From Candidatus Atabeyarchaeum deiterrae (GTDB lineage: Archaea > Asgardarchaeota > Atabeyarchaeia > Atabeyarchaeales > Atabeyarchaeaceae), in the NCBI GenBank assembly GCA_037310415.1, contig CP147780.1:1952001-2016000 (forward strand): a stretch of DNA of 64,000 bases, given 5' to 3'. The position numbers and the translations under genes were made by a program. Under the pieces are notes generated by a model that saw only the letters and a list, made by a program, of their open reading frames with translations, was not told the DNA's origin and did not search any database. Below, in pieces: positions 9,469 through 19,021 of this stretch (positions are counted from its first letter, which is position 1; every line of letters begins with the position of its first letter).

Positions 9469-11376
9469 TTAGATGAGGTTAGCAACTTGCTTTGCTGCTT
9501 CATCTAACCCCAGTTCCACTAGCTTCTTGGGTGTTGGTATGCCGTTGCTGTTCCAGCCGCGGCAACCATAGTACTCATCAAGCATTCTCTCGACGTCAGA
9601 AACTTTGCCTGCTGCTGGTCCCTCTTTCTTTGGCTCCATTAGCCTCTTTGGAAGCCTGTCATCTTTTCTTCGGATACCACACAGAACGTTGAAACATCGC
9701 TCGAGATTGGTTATGCGCTCGCCTACTTTCATGAGGTCGGATACCTTCGTTTCATGACCGGTCAGCAATGTATAGTGCTCTGCGAGGGTCGTTAGAACTG
9801 GCTTGGGCCATCTCTCGCTTGGAGTAGTTGCAGGGTGATGACATATCCCAATACTGTTGGCTATCTCGGCGATGTCTTGTCCTAATGCAACCAGTTTAGG
9901 CTTTCCTTCATACGAGAAGTGAGAGGTCCCCTTCTTATAGTCAGTCACTTCAGGGTAACTTACTGCCCAGTATAAGCAAATATCCTCAACCCTTGAGTGC
10001 AGGTGGCATGCTCCTCTGTTCACCACTGCGTACTGCAGCGCTAATCCAACTTCTGCTCTTGGGTCATGCATTGAGGCTTCTAGCCCTTTCACGTCAGTTG
10101 TAAGACTCTCTGCGCCTCTTCCTATGATATTTGCCGCTCTCCTTGAACCTTCTGCTAAGACCGCCCCGAAACCGCTTCTGTGAGCGATTTTTCCTATCAT
10201 CTCTATTACCGATTCAGCGTTGCCCCAAGTCAACTCAATTCCATATGTGTCGGTTTCACTTATTATCCCGCGTTCATAACCTTCCATGGCAAAGGCTATG
10301 GCAGAGCCGCACGTGATCGTGTCGACCCCATACTCGTCACACAGTTGGTTGCATTTACAGATAGCTTCGATCGGAGTGAGCAGGCACATCGTTCCGAAGG
10401 CTCCTATGGTTTCATACTCCGGTCCCCTCACATTCTCTCCCACAGCGAACGGTCCCTCCTTCACAGTAACTGCTCTCCTGCAACCCAATGGGCAATTATA
10501 GCAGTACTCAACATTTGTGGTAATCTTTTTCAGAGCCTCAAGATCCACGCGCCTAAGATCCTTCCATTTCCCAAGGGAGAAGTTTTTAATCGCTAGACTA
10601 CCAAAGCTGTCTGCTACAGGGATTACTGCGGCGGTTCCATAATCGTGAAAGAAGGCCGTAGAACTGACTCTCTTACTGAGGACGTCATCCCTTACTGCTT
10701 TGAATATCTCGAGTGCGCTTTCATTGAATTTCTCTGAAGCTACCGGCACATGCTTGTCTCCTCTCACGGCTATCGCTTTAAGGTTCTTGGAACCCATGAC
10801 GGCGCCCATGCCTGTTCTCCCAGCAGCGCATCCTTTGTCATTAATTATGCTAGCATATCTTACCAGGTTCTCACCGGCGGGACCAATACATGCAACCCTC
10901 AATTTCTTGTCTCCAACATCACTTCGTATGGCATCCTGAGTTTCGGTTGTAGTTCTGCCCCAGACATCCTTGGCATCGGCAATCCTGTTCTCATTGTTTG
11001 TGATGTACAGGTAGACTGGCGTCTGAGCTTTTCCTTCGATTATTATCCCATCGTGCCCCGTAAATCTGAGTTCTGGCCCCCAAAAGCCTGATGCCGTCGC
11101 ATGACCCCATATGCCGGTTAGTGGTGACTTCGATGCTACGGCGTACCTGTTACCGGCTGGGAAACTTGTTCCACAAAATGGTCCTGCTGCAAAGATCAAC
11201 TTGTTCTCCTTAGATAGCGGATCAACATCCCATCCTATCTCGTCGTAAACGTAGTGCGCAGCAAACCCACTCCCACCTATGAACTTCAGAGCAAAATCAT
11301 CTTTGATCGGCTCGTCGGTTATCTTCCGAGCTGACAAGTCTACTCGGAGCATCTTTCCAAAATAGCCGCCTTTCAT
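9469..11376 (-). CDS. aor: tungsten-dependent aldehyde:ferredoxin oxidoreductase
   Basis: KSPLTG, AAGRTGMGAVMGSKNLKA, CYNCPLGC, PEYET, YGVDTI, DPRA, RGACH. Confidence 0.93.
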   Translation of the reverse strand: MKGGYFGKMLRVDLSARKITDEPIKDDFALKFIGGSGFAAHYVYDEIGWDVDPLSKENKLIFAAGPFCGTSFPAGNRYAVASKSPLTGIWGHATASGFWGPELRFTGHDGIIIEGKAQTPVYLYITNNENRIADAKDVWGRTTTETQDAIRSDVGDKKLRVACIGPAGENLVRYASIINDKGCAAGRTGMGAVMGSKNLKAIAVRGDKHVPVASEKFNESALEIFKAVRDDVLSKRVSSTAFFHDYGTAAVIPVADSFGSLAIKNFSLGKWKDLRRVDLEALKKITTNVEYCYNCPLGCRRAVTVKEGPFAVGENVRGPEYETIGAFGTMCLLTPIEAICKCNQLCDEYGVDTITCGSAIAFAMEGYERGIISETDTYGIELTWGNAESVIEMIGKIAHRSGFGAVLAEGSRRAANIIGRGAESLTTDVKGLEASMHDPRAEVGLALQYAVVNRGACHLHSRVEDICLYWAVSYPEVTDYKKGTSHFSYEGKPKLVALGQDIAEIANSIGICHHPATTPSERWPKPVLTTLAEHYTLLTGHETKVSDLMKVGERITNLERCFNVLCGIRRKDDRLPKRLMEPKKEGPAAGKVSDVERMLDEYYGCRGWNSNGIPTPKKLVELGLDEAAKQVANLI

Positions 11377-11571
11377 CAGACTACTTTCCTCCTGTTCTCA
11401 AATGAGTCTTTGTTTAGGTTACTTCCTCCGAATATAAAAGCAACCGCCTCTAGCTTCTGACCCCGTCGCATCAACTGATTCCGATGGAACGGTAAGTTGA
11501 GCACTAGGCAATGGTAACCTATATTAGTCTCCTCAAAACATACCGAGCGGACTAGGAGGAGACAGGAAGGG

Positions 11572-12981
11572 TTGTCAAAAGATAAATCAAAGAAAACTAA
11601 GGAATTAAGTATACCTGGCAGAGGACGAACAAACGCAATCATGAACCTCGCCAACATCACCGACGCCGCTGATGGACAGATTTTTCCCGCAGTCTACAAG
11701 AACGTGCAAGATGAATTCGCCGCTAGAACTCCATCGCAAACATTGGGCTTCGCATCGCTCGGCTTAATCACAGCGTCGAGATCAATTCTCCAGTCAGTTT
11801 CGACACCATTGTGGGGATGGTGGAGCGACAGGCACTCAAGGAAGAAGATTCTTGCAATCGGGTGCTGGTTCTGGGCAATATTCACTATGTTGACGGCACT
11901 GTCAGTAGGATACGTTGACATGCTATTGTGGCGAACTGTAACAGGGATCGGCCTCGCCGCAATTATCCCAACTACAGGCTCGCTAGTCACGGACTACTTT
12001 TCGCCCGAAAAGAGAGGCAGAGCCTTCGGAGTGCTGGGTCTTACGGGAGGAATGGGAGCCTTAATTGGCACCCTCTTCATGACGTTGTCGATACCCGAGG
12101 ATCCGCACGTATTGATCTACGGCATGGTCGGTTGGAGGTTCGGCTTCATCGTCGTGGCGATAGCAACTGTAATCATTGGAGTGCTCGTGTGGGCACTCGT
12201 GAAGGACCCGCTGCGTGGTGGACTTGAACCTGAGTTAACGAAGATCCTGACTGCACAGAAGGCAGAGAGGTACAAGGTAAAACGCTCAGACTACATTAAG
12301 ATCCTAAAGAAAAGAACGTTCGTCATGATAATGCTTCAAGGAGTTGCTGGAACCATCCCCTGGTCAGGATCGATCCTATGGATGATAGCATGGTTCGAAA
12401 TCATTGGATTCTCAGCTCCCGTTGCTGGAATAATGTTCCTATTCCTAGCCATAGGCGGCTCCACAGGAGTCGCTTTTGGAGGCTGGATTGGAGACAGAGC
12501 AGCAAGATGGCGTCCAAACAGTGGCAGAATCATCGTGGCGCAGATATCAGTTCTTACAGGTATAATCCTAAGTTTCGTGATCTTCATGTTGATTCCAAGA
12601 ACCACCGATTCGTTCTCCCTCTACACTCTCTTTGGGTTCATTATGGGTCTACTCATAACTTGGGCTGGCCCAGCAAACAACGCAATATTCAGCGAAATCT
12701 TCGAGCCCGAGATTAGAGGCTCGGTCTTCTCAGTCGATCGCGTATTCGAAGGCTCAGTCGGGGCAGCGGGAACACTATTGGTCGGTCTCTTTGCAGACTA
12801 CCTTCTAACTAGCGGAGCTCCCAATGCAGCGACCGCACTGGGCAACTCGATGTTTGCGATCGCTGTGATTCCATGGATTGCCTGCCTGATCTTATACTCA
12901 CTAGTATACAAGAGTTATCCAAAGGACAAGGCAACGCTCAGACAGACTATGGAAAACAGAAGAAAGGAACTGGAGAAATAG
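11572..12981 (+). CDS. MFS transporter (spinster-like)
   Basis: About 12 hydrophobic segments; G..SDRHSRK motif A; WR in the N-terminal half; GWIGDR repeat. Confidence 0.92.
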   Translation: MSKDKSKKTKELSIPGRGRTNAIMNLANITDAADGQIFPAVYKNVQDEFAARTPSQTLGFASLGLITASRSILQSVSTPLWGWWSDRHSRKKILAIGCWFWAIFTMLTALSVGYVDMLLWRTVTGIGLAAIIPTTGSLVTDYFSPEKRGRAFGVLGLTGGMGALIGTLFMTLSIPEDPHVLIYGMVGWRFGFIVVAIATVIIGVLVWALVKDPLRGGLEPELTKILTAQKAERYKVKRSDYIKILKKRTFVMIMLQGVAGTIPWSGSILWMIAWFEIIGFSAPVAGIMFLFLAIGGSTGVAFGGWIGDRAARWRPNSGRIIVAQISVLTGIILSFVIFMLIPRTTDSFSLYTLFGFIMGLLITWAGPANNAIFSEIFEPEIRGSVFSVDRVFEGSVGAAGTLLVGLFADYLLTSGAPNAATALGNSMFAIAVIPWIACLILYSLVYKSYPKDKATLRQTMENRRKELEK

Positions 12982-13042
12982 GACACGACAGTAACTCGGT
13001 TCCACATCTTTCTTTTTTTGTGCATGCAAGCGTCCGCTCGTC

Positions 13043-13714
13043 TCAACCTTCAAACAAAGCCCTTATGTGTCTAACACCTTCCACTGCATTTGCCGCATAA
13101 TCGTCTGCACCTAGTGCTTTTGCAAGTTCCATGTTCAGTGATGCGCCACCAGCAATAATCTTGACCTTGTCTCGGAGGCCTGCATCCCTCAGAGCCTTGT
13201 CGACTGAAGATATCTCATTTACTGTCGTGCTGAGCAGAGTGCTCAGAGCCACAACCCTAGCGCTTGACTCTCTCACGGCTTGAACTATCTTCTCCTTGTC
13301 ACAATCGACCCCTAAATCAATGATGTTGAACCCTGTCGACATCAACACCGAAATCAAAATGCTTTTTCCGATATCGTGACTGTCTCCTTTCACAGTTGCC
13401 ACGACGATTGTCTCATTCCTGCCTGCCTCTCCAGACTTTAGGTGTGGTGTGAGTACGGCGACGGCTTCCTTCATCGCCTCGCCTGCTGAGACAAGTTCGA
13501 CGAGGAAGTATTCCATTGTTTCGTATAGGCGTCCCACTTCATTCATACCTGCCGAGAGGGCCGTAAGGATGTCCTGGGGATTAGCGCCTGCATCAAGTTC
13601 TGCTTGGACTGCACTACCGATATGGTCGACGTTCAGTTCGACAAGCATCTTAGTTATCTTCTCTAGCGTCACTTGAAGACACTTCCTGTCCCATGAAGGT
13701 CTCCCGATAACCAC
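13043..13714 (-). CDS. corrinoid (B12-binding) methyl-carrier protein, MttC/MtaC-like (start probably near 13672)
   Basis: GMNEVGRLYE cap domain, GDSHDIGK, LSTLL, IAGGA. Confidence 0.92.
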   Translation of the reverse strand: MVIGRPSWDRKCLQVTLEKITKMLVELNVDHIGSAVQAELDAGANPQDILTALSAGMNEVGRLYETMEYFLVELVSAGEAMKEAVAVLTPHLKSGEAGRNETIVVATVKGDSHDIGKSILISVLMSTGFNIIDLGVDCDKEKIVQAVRESSARVVALSTLLSTTVNEISSVDKALRDAGLRDKVKIIAGGASLNMELAKALGADDYAANAVEGVRHIRALFEG

Positions 13715-13770
13715 ATACTTTATCTTTACGATATCTGCATACTACTTCCCCAGATTCATACCTAAGAGGT

Positions 13771-16500
13771 TTGCTTTCCGAGAAGTCACGGACACAGGAA
13801 GTGGATGCGATGACGAAATCTGAGAAACCCTTCGGTTCAGGCTACTTTGGTGAGTGGATTGAGGATGAATTCGGGCTACCAGCATATCGCTACACCTGCA
13901 ATCAGATTAACGATCCGAAAGCAGCAACCCCGATGAATGAAACTTGGCGTATTAAAACTGATCACGTTCATCAGGTTGGAAATGACAGGCTCGTGGGCGT
14001 CGCGTCCAACTATGGACACGTACAGGTTCGACAAGACGAGGGCAGCCCCAAGTTCCTAAATGATTACGACCCAGATCACCTGCAATTTGCGGGTGGATTT
14101 GGCTACCTAACAGATGGAACGAACACGCTGAGTACATATTACCCAGGGAACGCGGAGTCATTCGACCGCATATTTGGAGTTGGATACTATAGAAAGACTG
14201 TAAAGGGAAACGGCCTAGTAGCCGATCAAATCATCTTTGCCCCTTATGGCGACGACCCCTTGCTCATCTCCCAAGTGACAGTAAAGAACGAACGGGAAGA
14301 ACCCACTGATCTGATATGGATTGAGTACTGGGGCTGCCAAATCTACCAATTCTCATACAAGTCTACGATGATGTCAGTTGCCACAAAACGACCTCCAATG
14401 GAGTCTCGGCGAAGACTCGGCAGGCGTTTTGAACACGAGATTAGCACGATTCTAAAGAACCACGTGCTGGTCGACAAGAAGCGTTTCACAAACCGTGACC
14501 AGGCTGACGAGCAAACTTGGAAGCTTCTCAACCAATACTTGGCTACCCCAGCTGGAAAAGCGCTCACTGGTGGACCAGTAGAGTCGCCGGTCAAAGAGGC
14601 GGTTCTTGAAGACTTGTCTCCTCCAACAGTCTTCCTTGCATCCTTGGATGCACCCTTCGATGGCTTTGCTGTCGATGCCTCGTCCTTCTTCGGGAAAGGT
14701 GGTGTGAAGGCCCCTGACGGTCTGAAGAAGCCCTTAAGTCAGCATGCTGCGACTCCAAACGCCGAGAAGGGATTGTTCATCGAGCGTAAGCTTCACTTGA
14801 ACTCCAGAGAAAGCAAGACAATGTGCTTCGCTTTTGGGTATCAGCCTGAGGGACCCGAGCTTCACACACTCCTACTCAAGTACGAGCACGACTCGGCAGG
14901 TCTGCTTCGCCATTCGAGCGAACGCTGGAAGAGTGACCGAATCAAGCTTGAACTGGAGGACGACCGCTGGGTCGATCGTGAGCTCACGTGGCACAATTAC
15001 TACCTTAGAAGCAATCTCACATTTGACAGCTTCTTCAAAGAACATATCCTATCCCAAGGCCACGTCTACCAGTATATTATAGGGTTTCAAGGAGCCGCCC
15101 GCGACCCTCTTCAGCATGCCTTGCCGTTCGTCTACAGTGAACCAGAGATCGTCAAGAATATTATCCGATACACTCTAAAAACTGTGACTCCTGAAGGGAG
15201 AATCCCCTATGGCATCGCGGGTAGCGGAATGTACATGCCGGCGCCATTCAAGCCGAGCGATCAAGAAATGTGGATGCTCTGGTTGGCAAGCGAGTATGTT
15301 CTGGCGACGCGAGACCTGAAGTTTCTGAATGAGGAGGTTCCAACTTATCCACTGTACGGTCCAAAAGCAGGGCGGGCGCGAGTAAAAGATCTTCTGCAAC
15401 TCTGTTACCGACACTTGGCTGAACACATTGGGACTGGGAAACATGGGCTGCAGCGTTTGAGCAACGGTGATTGGAATGATGCCGTGGTTGTCGGTTTCGT
15501 CCCAGAGAAGCAGCGAGACGCCGTCGCAGAAGTTGGAGAGAGCGTTCTAAACGCAGCGATGGCAAGCTACGCTCTAGAAATCTATTCCCGACTGCTAAGC
15601 TATGCCGGAGAGGCGAAGTTGTCAATTGATTCTCAGAAACGTGCGCAGGCACAACGTGAAGTAGTGCGTTCTCAGTGGACTGGAAAATGGTTCAAGCGCG
15701 CGTGGCTCACCGAAGAACTTGGATGGATTGGCGTTGAAGAAATGTGGCTAGAACCACAACCCTGGGCTATTATAGGCAGAGCAGCCGACGCAAGACAAGC
15801 GAAAACGCTAGTACGATCCATCGACGATGCTGTACGAAAACCATCAAAAACAGGAGCCATCATTCTCAATAAACCAGTCAAAAACATGCAAGGAGCTCCT
15901 GGTACCGGCACAAATGCAGGTATTTGGCCATCAATAAACGGCACACTCATATGGGCTTTGGCGCTTGTGGACCGCGATCTAGCATGGGACGAATGGAAGA
16001 AGAACACGCTCGCAATGCACGCCGAAGCATACCCCGACGTATGGTACGGCATTTGGAGCGGACCCGATACATATAACTCAGAATTCTCCAAGACTCCAGG
16101 CCAGGTGGACGTGGAATTGCTGGGCGTGAAATGGACTGACTTTCCAGTGATGAACATGCATCCACATGCATGGCCTCTTTACACGATTGCGAAGCTTATG
16201 GGCGTGGAATTCTCAGTTCAAGGCGTTGATCTTGCGCCATCCCTGCCGAAAGGTAAATTCAGATTCGCTTCACAGCTCCTCGACCTTGAGAAATCAGCTA
16301 CGGGGTACTCGGGCAAGTACGCTCCAAAGCTCAAGGGAACATGGACCATAACGCTCAAACTCGACCAAAAGGAACTTCAGCGAATCTCCAAGTTAGAGAT
16401 AAATGGGACGGGCGGAAAGTTTGTTCGCGAAGGCGACCGCATCGTTTTTCATGGAGAAAGTGAACCCGACAAGCCGCTAAGGTGGGTTCTGGAATATTGA
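13771..16500 (+). CDS. GH94-like glycoside phosphorylase/hydrolase
   Basis: ARDPLQH, GDWND catalytic motif, GESVLNA, W.GKWF.RA, N.GIWP. Confidence 0.75.
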   Translation: MLSEKSRTQEVDAMTKSEKPFGSGYFGEWIEDEFGLPAYRYTCNQINDPKAATPMNETWRIKTDHVHQVGNDRLVGVASNYGHVQVRQDEGSPKFLNDYDPDHLQFAGGFGYLTDGTNTLSTYYPGNAESFDRIFGVGYYRKTVKGNGLVADQIIFAPYGDDPLLISQVTVKNEREEPTDLIWIEYWGCQIYQFSYKSTMMSVATKRPPMESRRRLGRRFEHEISTILKNHVLVDKKRFTNRDQADEQTWKLLNQYLATPAGKALTGGPVESPVKEAVLEDLSPPTVFLASLDAPFDGFAVDASSFFGKGGVKAPDGLKKPLSQHAATPNAEKGLFIERKLHLNSRESKTMCFAFGYQPEGPELHTLLLKYEHDSAGLLRHSSERWKSDRIKLELEDDRWVDRELTWHNYYLRSNLTFDSFFKEHILSQGHVYQYIIGFQGAARDPLQHALPFVYSEPEIVKNIIRYTLKTVTPEGRIPYGIAGSGMYMPAPFKPSDQEMWMLWLASEYVLATRDLKFLNEEVPTYPLYGPKAGRARVKDLLQLCYRHLAEHIGTGKHGLQRLSNGDWNDAVVVGFVPEKQRDAVAEVGESVLNAAMASYALEIYSRLLSYAGEAKLSIDSQKRAQAQREVVRSQWTGKWFKRAWLTEELGWIGVEEMWLEPQPWAIIGRAADARQAKTLVRSIDDAVRKPSKTGAIILNKPVKNMQGAPGTGTNAGIWPSINGTLIWALALVDRDLAWDEWKKNTLAMHAEAYPDVWYGIWSGPDTYNSEFSKTPGQVDVELLGVKWTDFPVMNMHPHAWPLYTIAKLMGVEFSVQGVDLAPSLPKGKFRFASQLLDLEKSATGYSGKYAPKLKGTWTITLKLDQKELQRISKLEINGTGGKFVREGDRIVFHGESEPDKPLRWVLEY

Positions 16501-17540
16501 ATTCACGGGATCTCACACTATCTGCTATCGAAGGGGTTCCTGAGAGAGTCCCATTTAACCCATTCATCATGCACCTCGCCGCGACCACTGAGGGGATCAA
16601 CTACAGTCAAGTCTACTGTCGGGACGCGCAGGCGCTTGCTGAAGCGCACATCAAATGTGCAAAGACCTTCGGGATTGACCATGTTAACGTCTCCACAGAC
16701 GCTTACAGGGAAGCCAGCGCTTGGGGAGTTGAGGTCAATTTCTCAGGTCATACTCCAGTTGCATCAAAACAACTAAGTCTTCAAGACTTCGACTCGCTCG
16801 ACAAACCTGATCTCAATGCCGATCAACGAGTTCAGAACCGTGTTGAAGCTGTGAAGCTGCTCGACGCCAAAGTTGGTCATGAGCAGTGCATCGTCGGATG
16901 GATAGAAGCGCCTTTCGCCGAGATCTGTTGCCTCTTCGGCATGATGGAGGTGCTGAAACTAGGACGGAGGTCAGATTGGAATAGTCTGGTCAAAGCACTT
17001 ATGAAACGTATTCTCCCCGTTCAACTTGAGTTCGCTAAGATGCAGATCGAAGCAGGGGCAGACATCATTGGAGCTGGCGACTCTGCCGTCTCCCAAATAG
17101 GTCCCAAGAGATACGGAGAAGCTTGCCTCGAAACTACTCAGGAGCTTTTCCGATCAATTGGAAAGCATGTGCCGGTTCTCTATCATGCGTGCGGAGACAA
17201 CTCAGGCGTAGACAAGGAGGGGCACGATATGCTGAAGCTCCTTGCAAGCTCCGGGGCCTCCATCTTGGATTTAGATTTTCAAGTCAGCCTAGCGAAGGCG
17301 AAAAGTAAGATTGGTGACAGAATATGCATTAGAGGAAACGCAAATACCAGCCTCCTCGGAAATCGGATGTATGGGACCGAGGAAGTCGCCCACGAATTCA
17401 CTCAGACAATAGAAGCTGGAAAACCAAACGGGCGATACATGTTCGCGGCAGGCTGCGAATGGCCGTGGGAACCTCTCGATGTCGTAGCAAGAAACCTAGG
17501 TATCGCCAAGGTCCTCAATGACAGACTGGGGAGATATTGA
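16482..17540 (+). CDS. URO-D/MtaA-CmuA family methyltransferase-like protein (likely TTG start 16497, overlapping the upstream stop)
   Basis: PERVP, EAPF, GADIIGAGD, YHACG, GN, AAGCE. Confidence 0.88.
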   Translation: MGSGILNSRDLTLSAIEGVPERVPFNPFIMHLAATTEGINYSQVYCRDAQALAEAHIKCAKTFGIDHVNVSTDAYREASAWGVEVNFSGHTPVASKQLSLQDFDSLDKPDLNADQRVQNRVEAVKLLDAKVGHEQCIVGWIEAPFAEICCLFGMMEVLKLGRRSDWNSLVKALMKRILPVQLEFAKMQIEAGADIIGAGDSAVSQIGPKRYGEACLETTQELFRSIGKHVPVLYHACGDNSGVDKEGHDMLKLLASSGASILDLDFQVSLAKAKSKIGDRICIRGNANTSLLGNRMYGTEEVAHEFTQTIEAGKPNGRYMFAAGCEWPWEPLDVVARNLGIAKVLNDRLGRY

Positions 17541-18716
17541 ATGAACTCTAGAGAACGAGTCATGGCTTCATTGAATCACCAAGAACCCGACATGATCCCT
17601 ATTGACCTCGGAGGAAACCAATCGGCTATTCACATTAATGCTTACAAGAATCTCCTGAATTATCTAAAGATTGAGGACGGGAATATTCGATACTGTGACT
17701 TTATTCAGCAAATCGCGTATCCATGCGAAGAGTTGTTGAAGCGCTTCGACGTTGACATACGGTGGTTGCGCCCACCGGCTTCACTTCTCCCTGAAGACTA
17801 CATTCCTCAGGTTGAGGGGAAATATCGGGGAATCTTCGATCAGTTCGGCGTATTCTGGGGAGACAGCGCTGAGAAGGACGTTAAGGATATTCTCTTCTAC
17901 GATCCATGCATCCACCCACTCAGCGACGCGAAGACCGTCCAAGAAATAAGGGAGTATAATTGGCCAGACGGCGCAGACAAGAAACCGCTCAGAGGACTGC
18001 GCGAACAAGCCAGATGGTTGAGAGAGAATACTACCTACGCTATTGCCGCGCCCCCGTTGGGTTGCATCTATGAATACGCAACTTTCCTATTCGGGTTCAA
18101 AACGGCGCTAAAACACCTACGGATAAACCCTGAACTCATCGTCGCCGCAATGGAAGAACTTGAGAAATACTGGACAGCCTATGCAACCACATACCTAAAT
18201 GAAGTCAAATTCGGCAACCAACACTATGTCGACGTCGTCGCAATCAACGGAGATTTAGCTGTGCAAAGTGGTCCGATCATGAATGTAGAGAAGGTCTACT
18301 CGCGATTCATTAAGCCTATAGAACACCGCTTTGCACTAAGGATACACGAACTTGCCAAGGTCAAGATCAGCTATCATTGTTGTGGGTCGATAGTCCAGTT
18401 CATACCACACTTCTCGGAGATTGGATACGACGCGGTAAACCCAGTGCAGGTTACTGCTTATGACATGGAGCCCTGCAGCCTGAAAAAGCGGTTCGGAGGG
18501 ATTATCACCTTCTGGGGGGGACTATGTGATACACAGCACACGCTTCCCTTTGGTTCTCCTGAGCAAATCCGTAATGAGGTGTCTCACAACATCACCTGCT
18601 TCAAAACTGGTGGAGGATACATTGCGTCAAATATCCACAACATGACCGCCGAGGTACCACCTCAAAACATAGCTGCAATGCTTCTTGCTGCAAGAGAATT
18701 GAGGCACTGTGACTAG
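17541..18716 (+). CDS. URO-D/MtaA family methyltransferase-like protein
   Basis: MNSRERV..SLNHQEPD, GDL..Q, HCCG, NPVQ, FWGG.CDTQ..LP.G, H.M. Confidence 0.9.
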   Translation: MNSRERVMASLNHQEPDMIPIDLGGNQSAIHINAYKNLLNYLKIEDGNIRYCDFIQQIAYPCEELLKRFDVDIRWLRPPASLLPEDYIPQVEGKYRGIFDQFGVFWGDSAEKDVKDILFYDPCIHPLSDAKTVQEIREYNWPDGADKKPLRGLREQARWLRENTTYAIAAPPLGCIYEYATFLFGFKTALKHLRINPELIVAAMEELEKYWTAYATTYLNEVKFGNQHYVDVVAINGDLAVQSGPIMNVEKVYSRFIKPIEHRFALRIHELAKVKISYHCCGSIVQFIPHFSEIGYDAVNPVQVTAYDMEPCSLKKRFGGIITFWGGLCDTQHTLPFGSPEQIRNEVSHNITCFKTGGGYIASNIHNMTAEVPPQNIAAMLLAARELRHCD

Positions 18717-18719
18717 TAA

Positions 18720-18790
18720 TTGGCAGCCTCAAGAACAAGTGCGGTGCTCAGTGAATTCGGCGAAACCCTTGAAATTCTTGAGTTCGAGAC
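18720..18790 (+). pseudogene. 5' remnant resembling a Zn-dependent alcohol dehydrogenase N-terminus
   Basis: LAASRTSAVLSEFGETLEILEFE starts 4 nt after the URO-D stop; similarity is lost afterwards. Confidence 0.4.
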
Positions 18791-19021
18791 TCGATGTCGA
18801 GAAAAGAATAATCAAAGGAAAGCACAAGAAGTCATAGACAGCTGCCCACTGGGATCCTTTCTGGAAAAGCTTTTTACAAAATGTCCCTATTTCTTACATA
18901 GCATTCTTGTAGTTGAATTTCTCTCAGCCACGTTGTTCGCAGGCAAGGTCTGCGTCGCGTTGGTGTTGACCATTAGGAGAGAACATGAGCTATATCAAAT
19001 TCAAGGAGACGATGGGATCAA

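Noticed and set aside
13043-18716. Methanogenesis or heme-biosynthesis (hemE) genes
   Set aside because: No mcr/mtr or hem genes nearby; URO-D-fold methyltransferases and corrinoid proteins are widespread in non-methanogens.
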